From Faecalibaculum rodentium (GTDB lineage: Bacteria; Bacillota_I; Bacilli_A; Erysipelotrichales; Erysipelotrichaceae): DNA of 32,000 bases. Shown one piece after another: positions 8,797-15,381 of the stretch; positions within the stretch are counted from its first letter, which is position 1; each line of letters begins with the position of its first letter. A program made the translations under genes and the position numbers. The DNA lies in the NCBI RefSeq assembly GCF_001564455.1, contig NZ_CP011391.1, positions 1,470,001 through 1,502,000 of the forward strand, in the 5' to 3' direction. The notes beneath the pieces were generated by a model that worked only from the letters and a program-made list of their open reading frames with translations, did not search any database and had not been told where the DNA came from.

Positions 8797-9222
8797 ATGT
8801 CTCTGGTGGAATACGGAGAAAAATACTACAGAGAAGGCGGCTTCAACTGTGCGGAATCCGTGCTGCATGCCGCCAATGAATACTATGGTCTGGGTCTGCA
8901 TGAACACGATATGCGATGCATGGCCGGTTTTGGTGGCGGTATGTTTGTCGGCAGTGTCTGCGGTGCCCTGGTGGGAGCCCAGGCTGCGCTGTCGGCCATG
9001 ATCATCGAAGTGAAGGCCCATGACCAGATGGAGGAGATCCGCCCGGCTTCTCAGCGGCTGCACCGGAACTTCCGGAACGCCTACAATGCGGTGGAATGCA
9101 AGGATATCAAGAAAGACTGGCACACCAAAGAGCTGAAATGCTGGAAAACCGTGGAACAGGCCTGCCGGGTCCTGGAACAGACCGTGAATGAACTGGAACT
9201 GCCGCAGGCAGCAACCGAATAA
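8797..9222 (+). CDS. C_GCAxxG_C_C family (putative redox-active) protein
   Basis: GFNCAESVLHAANEYYG...MAGFGGGM...VCGALVGA...ECKDIK...CWKTVEQAC matches the C-GCAxxG-C-C pattern. Start moved to the ATG at 8797 (RBS AAAGAAAGG 9 nt upstream); the track ORF starts at 8758. Confidence 0.75.
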   Translation: MSLVEYGEKYYREGGFNCAESVLHAANEYYGLGLHEHDMRCMAGFGGGMFVGSVCGALVGAQAALSAMIIEVKAHDQMEEIRPASQRLHRNFRNAYNAVECKDIKKDWHTKELKCWKTVEQACRVLEQTVNELELPQAATE

Positions 9223-9229
9223 CAGAATC

Positions 9230-9261
9230 AGCCGCAACCCCCTGCCGGGCTGCGGCTTTTT
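9230..9261 (+). terminator. Rho-independent terminator after the C_GCAxxG gene
   Basis: AGCCGCA...TGCGGCT stem followed by TTTTT. Confidence 0.6.
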
Positions 9262-9380
9262 CCATGAATCATGCGGCTTTGCCTTGCTGCGGCATCCATC
9301 CGTCAGGGACCGGCGAAAGCCTGGATCCTGTTCAGACAACGCCGGAGGCAGCATAAGGGCCATCATTCTGCCGCTGCTGG

Positions 9381-10235
9381 TTATTCGGGCAGCGTTAGGA
9401 TCTCTCCGACAGCCGGGGGATTGCCGAAGCAGTCTGTCCAGAACGCCTCATCAGCTTCCAGTCCCTGGTCTGTCACCGTGCCAGTCCCGCTCCCTGTAGA
9501 CCAGTTCTGCAGTATCCAGTCCTCTCCTTCTCGTTTCAGTGTGAAGGAGAAGTCATTTTCCACCGGGAAAATATTGCCGGTTTTGGAGAACCGGGATTTC
9601 GAGAGGGTGGATGTCAGTCCGTCCCGGTCCGGGATCGTCCAGTGCACCGTGACAGTCGGTGTCCCCTCCGCATCCGTTCCTGTCTCTTTCCAGGCAGCAA
9701 AGGAGGAAGGATATGCTTCCATAATCTCCAGGCCATTGCAGCTGATGGTTTCTGACAGCGGCCTGGCCAGCATGTCTTTCGGGGTTCCGTTGTATACAGG
9801 ATCCCGTTCAAAGACATTTACAACCGCCAGCTGTCCCTGACCGGTTCCGGATGCGTTGATGTTTGTCTGGGTTTTTCCGTCACTTGCAAGGGCCGGGACA
9901 AATGTGTTGTTCCAGTCCCCGGTGTACGCATCCAGGTCGGTTTCGATGCGGTAGAAGACGCTGCCATCACAGAATACCAGCACGTCCCTGGCAAGACCTG
10001 TATCCTCCTGCTGAAGGACGCGGAAGCCTGAATCCATATAGCGGGCTGCCGTGGCTGCAGCTGTGCTTTTCATCAGCTCAGGCAGGACTTTTTCATCGCT
10101 GGATACAGCCATATCCGGCGTGGCTGGCAGCTGTTCCAACAGTTCTTCGGCAGGCCTGGTCGGCTTTTCAGGTGAAGCGCATCCCGCCAGCAGCATGGCT
10201 GCTGCCAGGATGAATGTCCATGCGGATTTCTTCAT
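9381..10235 (-). CDS. Lipoprotein, unknown function
   Basis: MKKSAWTFILAAAMLLAGCASPEK is a signal peptide with the lipobox LLAG|C. I recognise no family for the remaining ~260 aa. Confidence 0.7.
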   Translation of the reverse strand: MKKSAWTFILAAAMLLAGCASPEKPTRPAEELLEQLPATPDMAVSSDEKVLPELMKSTAAATAARYMDSGFRVLQQEDTGLARDVLVFCDGSVFYRIETDLDAYTGDWNNTFVPALASDGKTQTNINASGTGQGQLAVVNVFERDPVYNGTPKDMLARPLSETISCNGLEIMEAYPSSFAAWKETGTDAEGTPTVTVHWTIPDRDGLTSTLSKSRFSKTGNIFPVENDFSFTLKREGEDWILQNWSTGSGTGTVTDQGLEADEAFWTDCFGNPPAVGEILTLPE

Positions 10236-10431
10236 GATCTGTTCCCTCGTTTCACGTTTACTGTATCATAACTGGGTCAGATGCTTAAGGATTCCTGCGG
10301 AAAACAGCCGGCACAAACCCGCAGGCAGAGAACTGTCACAACTGGACCGGTCCGCCGCAGAAACTGCTGAAGCACAGCTGACAGTGAATTTGTATCTCCT
10401 TTCTGATAAAATCATCGGGAGGTGATTTGAT

Positions 10432-11301
10432 ATGAAAATCGCATATTTGATGCATTATCTCGGAGAAGATTATGAAGAAGTCTCCGAAAACATAGACCAG
10501 ATCCTGGAAGGCGGTGACCACGTCTTCGTGATGCTCAACGATGAAAAACTCCGGGACGATATCTTCATCGCCTATGCCTCGGTGCCGGAATGTCACGTGA
10601 GCACCGTGCAGTCGGCAGCGCTCCATGGCGACCTGTCCCTTCCTCGGGGCACCATCCTGCAGATGAAGGATGCCCTGGAGTACGAGGAAGACGCAGATGC
10701 GGACTTTGATTACTTCATCAACCTGACAGACGGCATGCTGCCAGTGCGCAGCCGGCAGGAAATCGTCCAGGTGCTGGAACAGCTGGATGGCCGGGACAAC
10801 TACATTGTGACTGCCGACAGTGAAACCAGTGAAGACCTGAAAAAGCGCATGGAAGAGTACGCTTTCTTCACCAACTCCCTGAATTTCCAGAAAAGCAAAA
10901 TGCTGCAGGGCATGAACTCTTTCACGAAAAACATCGTGAAGAACTTCAAGAACCGGGAAACGGATGACGTGGTGGTCCAGACCTGGCCGTTCTTTGTCCT
11001 CAGTCATGACAGTGCCGAAGCCCTCGTGGACAACCTGGCGTATTGCTCCAACCAGTTCATGATGTGCCTGTATCCCGAAGAACTGTGTTTTGGCACCATG
11101 CTTCGCAAGTTTTCTCCGGCACAGCATCAGGAACGCAGGCTGTGGATCACGGGACAGGGCGACTATCAGGAACAGGCGGTGATCCAGCCTGTCACCATGG
11201 ACCAGGTTCTGGAAAACCCAGAGGCTCTGTTTGCAGTTCGGGTCAAGGCAAAGGAGAACCTGCCGGTCTACCAGAACGTCTTTGATGCCTACAACAGCTG
11301 A
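10432..11301 (+). CDS. Glycosyltransferase family 14-like (core-2/I-branching 'Branch' domain) protein
   Basis: MKIAYLM start, FDYFINLTDGMLPVRSRQEI, WPFFVLSHDSAEALV, LYPEELCFGTML and a C-terminal ALFAVRVK follow the order of conserved blocks I recall for bacterial GT14 proteins. Assignment is from memory only. Confidence 0.55.
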   Translation: MKIAYLMHYLGEDYEEVSENIDQILEGGDHVFVMLNDEKLRDDIFIAYASVPECHVSTVQSAALHGDLSLPRGTILQMKDALEYEEDADADFDYFINLTDGMLPVRSRQEIVQVLEQLDGRDNYIVTADSETSEDLKKRMEEYAFFTNSLNFQKSKMLQGMNSFTKNIVKNFKNRETDDVVVQTWPFFVLSHDSAEALVDNLAYCSNQFMMCLYPEELCFGTMLRKFSPAQHQERRLWITGQGDYQEQAVIQPVTMDQVLENPEALFAVRVKAKENLPVYQNVFDAYNS

Positions 11302-11322
11302 GGCCTGAAGCAGCAAAGACCA

Positions 11323-11358
11323 GGAGCCGCCGTTTGATACTGAACGGCGGCTCCTTTT
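11323..11358 (+). terminator. Rho-independent terminator of the GT14-like gene
   Basis: GGAGCCGCCG-tttgatactgaa-CGGCGGCTCC is a perfect 10-bp stem, followed by TTTT. Confidence 0.75.
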
Positions 11359-11407
11359 GTGTGCCAAGCCGCTTCGCAGCGGGCTCAATGTCCCTCGCCC
11401 CCACCCT

Positions 11408-11470
11408 TGGACTTAGAATACCGGAATTCCTTTCCATGTACCAAATCTACGTCAACAATCATGCCAGTTC
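11408..11470 (+). repeat. Possible diverged remnant of an IS3-family left end
   Basis: TGGACTTAGAATACCGGAATT resembles the left end of the IS at 13060 (TGACCTTAGAATA...) joined to its internal AGAATACCGG (13113-13122, 10/10). Weaker colinear similarity (ATGT-N7-CTAC...AATCA) continues for about 40 nt. Confidence 0.3.
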
Positions 11471-11524
11471 ATCCTGCATTCAGCAGAATGTAAAGATTGA
11501 GCCAGCTAATTGCCGCTCAGTAAC

Positions 11525-11555
11525 AGAACGCATATGCGTTCTATTATGCTATAAT
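11525..11555 (+). promoter_or_regulatory. Toxin-antitoxin promoter with a palindromic operator
   Basis: A perfect 18-bp palindrome AGAACGCATATGCGTTCT (11525-11542) sits just upstream of the extended -10 TGcTATAAT (11547-11555). RBS AAAAGAGGT and the antitoxin start follow. Confidence 0.55.
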
Positions 11556-11578
11556 CAGCTTAGAAAAGAGGTATGACT

Positions 11579-11806
11579 ATGATCTCAACAACGAAATCCA
11601 CGACAATTCGTTTTGATTCTGAAGTTCTAAACCTGATCCACAAGGAAGCAGCTCTGAATGGACAGACAGGAACGGAATTTATGAGAAATGCCGTTTTGGA
11701 AAAACTGGAGGACAGTCTCGATTATCGGGATGCAGCAAAAAACCTGAAGGAGTCAGGTGGTCGTTCACTTTCAAGAGAAGAAGTCATCCGTAATCTGGGT
11801 TTTTAG
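11579..11806 (+). CDS. Type II antitoxin, ribbon-helix-helix (RelB/ParD-like)
   Basis: 75 aa. The N-terminal beta-strand/helix pattern TTIRFDSEVLNLIHKEAALNGQTGTEFMRNAVLEKLED is typical of RHH antitoxins. Its stop lies 1 nt before the toxin ATG. I prefer the start at the second ATG (11579) for RBS spacing. Confidence 0.7.
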   Translation: MISTTKSTTIRFDSEVLNLIHKEAALNGQTGTEFMRNAVLEKLEDSLDYRDAAKNLKESGGRSLSREEVIRNLGF

Positions 11807-11807
11807 C

Positions 11808-12080
11808 ATGAAATATACCTGGAGATTTAACGAGAAAGCATTTAAACAGTTCAAAAAGGAAATTGACCGACCTGTTCAAAAGCGAATCATCGAATGGCTT
11901 GATTCTCATATTGAAGGGAGTGACGATCCTCGAAAATGGGGAAAAGCCCTTGAAGGAAATCTCGGAACGTTCTGGCGTTACAGAGTGGGCAGTTACAGGA
12001 TTCTTGCTGATATCCAGGATCATATGTTTACAGTAGTTATTGTAAAAGCCGGCAAAAGAAACGATATCTATAAGCGTTAG
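11808..12080 (+). CDS. Type II toxin, RelE/ParE (RelE/StbE) family
   Basis: 90 aa. MKYTWRFNEKAFKQFKK...VQKRIIEWLD...LGTFWRYRVGSYRILADIQDHMFTVVIVKAGKRNDIYK is the classical RelE/StbE pattern (WRxRVGdYRii...V.hR...Y). The track ORF start at 11757 is an upstream in-frame artefact. Confidence 0.85.
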   Translation: MKYTWRFNEKAFKQFKKEIDRPVQKRIIEWLDSHIEGSDDPRKWGKALEGNLGTFWRYRVGSYRILADIQDHMFTVVIVKAGKRNDIYKR

Positions 12081-12117
12081 GGAGCCGCCATTTAAAACTG
12101 AACGAGCGCCTCCTTTT
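12081..12117 (+). terminator. Degenerate terminator after relE-like gene; diverged copy of the 11323-11358 terminator
   Basis: GGAGCCGCC-atttaaaactgaacga-GCGCCTCC-TTTT is an 8-bp stem with one mismatch. It is about 85% identical, position for position, to the terminator at 11323-11358. Confidence 0.45.
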
Positions 12118-13155
12118 CCTGTTGTGGATGACACAAATCGAGTAGGTATCTTTTCCCTCTCTCACACCAACCAGCGTGCCCTTCGGTACTGGGCGGTTCA
12201 TACATGTGTATTCATGAACCTTACTGACTCCATATCGAAGTATTCCTCCATGGATAGAAGGCCTTTCTTCTTCAGGTGTTCATTTCTGATATACTTGTTC
12301 AGGAGCGTGACTGCACAACGGACATATCCCTGTCGTGCACACACGTATGAGTGAGCCTTGTCTCTGGGACACCCCAGCCTGACAAGGCTCTCTTCTTTTT
12401 TCCTGATGCTTTTCCACTGCTTCCAGATGATGGCCCTGATTCTTCTCCGGAGCTTGCTGTCCAATTTGCGAACCGTATATCTATACAGCCATGCACATCT
12501 GTAATAATTGCTCCATCCCCTGATAACTTGATTGATTTTCTCCAGCCTTTCTTCAAGGGATACGCTCCAGTTTTGCTTCGTCAGCTTCATTATCTTCTGT
12601 TCGAACTCATGGATGGACTTCTAATGCGGTATTGCCTTCCATTCCCTTTTGTTCCTTTTGAAGCCAAACCCCAGATATTTCACTTCATCCGGTCTGGCCA
12701 CTTTCGATTTTGAAGCGTTCACTTCCAGCTTCAGCTTCTTTTCCAGATAATTGCTGAATGACTTCATCACCCTGTTGGCGGCGGCTTCCGACTTCACATA
12801 GATGAGCATGTCGTCTGCGTATCTCGAGAATCTCAGCCCTCTGCTTTCCAGTTCCTTGTCGGCCTGCTCCAGATAGATGTTGGCCAGTACCGGCGAAAGC
12901 GGCCCTCCCTGCGGGATGCCTCTTTCTGTCCTGACCAGCCTGCCGTCTATCATGACTCCCGCTCTGACGAACTTCCTTGTCAGCGATGTGACGTCCCTGT
13001 TATGGAACAGGTTGTCTATCAGGCGGATCAGTCTGTCCTGGTCTACCGTATCGAAGAATTGACCTTAGAATAATTTACGGACAGTCCATTTAGAGATTCT
13101 AAGAATACCGGTATCTATGTCATAGAACTACAATCACTATGAAAGAGGAAAATCT

Positions 13156-13455
13156 ATGGCAAAGAAACGTAAAACATTTACAGATGAATTCAAGCAGGAT
13201 GCGGTTCAATTTTTGACTAACCATCCAGAAATGACCGTTATAGAATGTGCTGAAACACTTGGTGTAGGCCGCAGCACCCTGGAAAGATGGAGGGCAGATT
13301 TCAACCGATCCGGTCTTTCAGCTGTGACAGCTCATAATAATGACAAGGAAGAAAAAGACCTTCTCAAAGAAAATGTCAGGCTTCAACGAGAACTCAGGGA
13401 CTCACAGGAGGCTTTGAAGATTCTAAAAAAAGCCATAAGCATTCTGGGAAACTGA
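13156..13455 (+). CDS. IS3-family transposase OrfA (HTH)
   Basis: MAKKRKTFTDEFKQDAVQFL...VIECAETLGVGRSTLERW is the typical IS3 OrfA HTH, followed by a leucine-zipper-like tail. RBS GAAAGAGGAAAA is present. Confidence 0.85.
   Translation: MAKKRKTFTDEFKQDAVQFLTNHPEMTVIECAETLGVGRSTLERWRADFNRSGLSAVTAHNNDKEEKDLLKENVRLQRELRDSQEALKILKKAISILGN
13425..13431 (+). other. Programmed -1 ribosomal frameshift site A_AAA_AAA(G)
   Basis: Seven A residues lie in the orfA zero frame CTA AAA AAA GCC. Slipping by -1 joins OrfA to the OrfB frame without a stop, which is the classical IS3 arrangement. Confidence 0.7.
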
Positions 13456-13520
13456 AGCAGGTCGAATACGAACTTGTTGCCGAGGATCATAAAGCTGGAA
13501 TCCAATTCTCGGTATCCAGG

Positions 13521-14339
13521 GTGCTTCATAAACTTGGTCTTTCAAGATCTGGCTATTACGACTATTTAAAGCGGAAACCCAGCCACCAGGAAAAGCGCAG
13601 GCATGATGTGAAAAAGGCCATCCTTCAGATTTATGAAGACAGCCACGAAAACTACGGAGCGCCAAAAATCGCTAAAATCCTGAACTCAGGAGGGATCTCC
13701 ATTACAGAAAGGACCGTTGGTGTTTATATGCGTCAAATGGGGATCCGAGCACAGTGGGTCAAGCCTCATACACAAACCACAATACGAAGTGATTTCAGTG
13801 GAAATCTGAAGAATCTTCTGGATAGAAACTTCTCTCCGGCTCACCCAAACTGCGTATGGTGCACAGATATCACCTATATCCACACAAAGCTGGACGGATT
13901 CGTTTACCTTGCCTGCATCATGGATCTGTATTCCAGAAGGATCATTTCCTGGAAGCTTACAAAAACGCTGGACACAGGTCCAATTCTGAAATCGATCGAA
14001 GAAGCCAGAAAACGCCGGCCGTCCCAGGAACCGATAATGATTCATACGGACCGAGGAATCCACTATACCTGTGATCTGTACAGAAAACTGACCAGAGGAA
14101 TGATTCGCAGTTATTCAGCAAAAGGAGTTCCGTATGACAACGCCTGTATTGAATCATTCCACTCCCTGATCAAGAGGGAATGGCTGAGCAGGTTCGATAT
14201 ACAGAACTACAGGCATGCATACCGACTGGTGAGTCAGTATATAGATGACTGGTACAACCCTGAACGGATACACAGCCACTGTGGATATATGTCCCCAGCA
14301 GAATATGAAGTAATGTTCCAAAGGACCAGCACTGACTGA
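13521..14339 (+). CDS. IS3-family transposase OrfB (DDE/rve integrase core), expressed as an OrfAB fusion by -1 frameshift
   Basis: YGAPKI...VWCTDITYI...YLACIMDLYSRRIISW...IHTDRGIHYT...YDNACIESFHSLIKRE...SP.EYE contains the DDE triad motifs of the rve domain. The -1 frame is open from the A7 run (13425) into this ORF (...KKSHKHSGKLKQVEYELVAEDHKAGIQFSVSRVLHKLGLSRSGYY). Confidence 0.85.
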   Translation: MLHKLGLSRSGYYDYLKRKPSHQEKRRHDVKKAILQIYEDSHENYGAPKIAKILNSGGISITERTVGVYMRQMGIRAQWVKPHTQTTIRSDFSGNLKNLLDRNFSPAHPNCVWCTDITYIHTKLDGFVYLACIMDLYSRRIISWKLTKTLDTGPILKSIEEARKRRPSQEPIMIHTDRGIHYTCDLYRKLTRGMIRSYSAKGVPYDNACIESFHSLIKREWLSRFDIQNYRHAYRLVSQYIDDWYNPERIHSHCGYMSPAEYEVMFQRTSTD

Positions 14340-15351
14340 GAAAGAATTCTGGAGCGCCCTTTACAGTGGGCTATCCCCTGGTAGACTGATGAGCCTTCAG
14401 CCAAGAACTGTCAGATATTGACTCTTTGGATGAAGGCAAGAGAAAGGGGTCCAGGGGATAGTGGGCCCCACTGTCAAGGGAGGAAGCGGAGGAAATCTTT
14501 CGTAGAATTGGCAGTATCTGCCGACTCTCTAAAATCAGTGTCCGTTTTCTTGACATAGGACCAAATTTCCTCAGGTCGATGTCGACGATCCAGTTATACC
14601 CGTCGTTCATGAACTCGAGGCCTTTCAGTATCGCCTGTTCACATCTCCTGTTCTTCCTGAACCCGTATGAGCTGTTGCTCATCTCGAAGTCCTTCCTGTA
14701 ATCCAGATAGTTTGCCAGACCGGCCTGCACGACTCTGTCTCTGGCTGCCGGGACATTGAGCCCCCGCATGCTCCCATCCGGTTTCGGGATATCGGTCCTT
14801 CTGGCTGGCAGTGGTTTATAGCTGCGGTCCAGTATCTGTTCCCGCACGGCCCCTTCCTTACTCATCTTCAGGGGCTCTCCGGGTTTGTCCTTTGTTGGTT
14901 TGTCGTGCAGGAGGCATTCCTGATATTTGCAGTAAATTGTACGTTCGGCCTTTCACTCCATCCTCATTACAGGGGCTTCTTCGCTACTATGGCCTCGGCT
15001 GACTTCCTGCCATTCGTTGTTACTGCAGAAGGGATGTCATCGTGGCTTGATGGTTCCTTTCGCTGACAGGACCTCCCCGGGTAAGGCCATACATCTTTCA
15101 TTCCATATACCTGCCGCATTTACCCCAGACAGTCATCCGCAACTATTACGATTTGCGCTGTATGGCAGGCTCGTCTCCGTCTGTGGCCTTATATGCGATT
15201 CGTGTTCCTCAGGCCGGAACTTTGCCTCCAGGCTTCTTTCAGAGCTCCTGTTACCAGAGAGCCCCTTGCCTTGAACCAATGGTTAGCGGTTGCGATGATA
15301 CGCTCCCATAGTGGACTTTCACCACCTGGATGTATGCTATGCCTTTCGCAC

Positions 15352-15377
15352 AGAAAAGGACCCGTCTTCGGGTCCTG
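15352..15377 (-). terminator. Intrinsic terminator of the DUF2812 gene; also the 5'-exon stem-loop abutting the intron
   Basis: Minus strand reads GGACCC-GAAGAC-GGGTCC-TTTTCT, followed immediately by the intron GTGCG. It starts 5 nt after the TAG stop at 15384-15382. Confidence 0.8.
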
Positions 15378-15381
15378 TCAT

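Larger units (their letters stand above)
13060..14563 (+). mobile_element. IS3-family insertion sequence (IS150-like organisation), 1504 bp, flanked by a 3-bp AAT target duplication
   Basis: Imperfect ~40-bp terminal inverted repeats start with TG: the left end is TGACCTTAGAATAATTTACGGACAGTCCATTTAGAGATTC, and the reverse complement of the right end is TGGTCCTATGTCAAGAAAACGGACACTGATTTTAGAGAGTC. AAT occurs at 13057-13059 and again at 14564-14566. The element carries orfA and orfB with an A7 slippery site. Confidence 0.85.
12198..14865 (-). pseudogene. Group II intron reverse transcriptase/maturase (IEP), disrupted by an IS insertion and an in-frame TAG
   Basis: There are three fragments. 14865..14567: ...IPKPDGSMRGLNVPAARDRVVQ...WIVDIDLRKF. 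13056..12624: FDTVDQDRL...GIPQGGPLSPVLANIYL...RYADDMLIYV...YLGFGF. 12590..12198: the maturase X domain, QVIRGWSNYYR. Removing 13057-14563 restores VDIDLRKFFDTV in frame. The TAG at 12621-12623 is in frame with both flanks. No endonuclease domain is present. Confidence 0.85.
12137..15351 (-). mobile_element. Group II intron, class C (IIC)-like, decayed; ~1.7 kb without the nested IS
   Basis: The minus strand starts with GTGCGAAAGGCATAG...GGTGGTGAAAGTCCAC at 15351. Internal strings CCTGAGGAACACGAA and CTTACCCGGGGAGGTC are present. A domain V candidate GAACCGCCCAGTACCGAAGGGCACGCTGGTTGGTG (12165-12199) carries a CGC triad. A domain VI candidate GAGAGG...CCT[A]CTC has a bulged A, and the intron ends ...CGAT at 12137. 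The RT/maturase ORF lies in domain IV. From memory, these strings closely resemble the Oceanobacillus iheyensis IIC intron. Confidence 0.8.

Noticed and set aside
10336-11388. 350-aa minus-strand ORF
   Set aside because: It is antisense to the GT14-like gene and runs through that gene's terminator. It has no RBS and a shadow-frame composition.
12124-13062. Small plus-strand ORFs inside the intron (12124..12354, 12351..12713, 12877..13062)
   Set aside because: They are antisense to clearly recognisable RT/maturase fragments.
14387-14483. Hammerhead-ribozyme-like elements (CUGAUGAG, a G...C-closed stem II CCUUCA/UGAAGG, GAAA, GUC) in the IS3 3' tail
   Set aside because: The core is not intact. 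Four extra nucleotides (AAGA) separate stem II from GAAA. The A15.1-U16.1 closing pair and the UH cleavage context do not line up. No stem I can be drawn, and the region folds better as a single rod. A lone CUGAUGAG octamer is expected by chance at about this window size.
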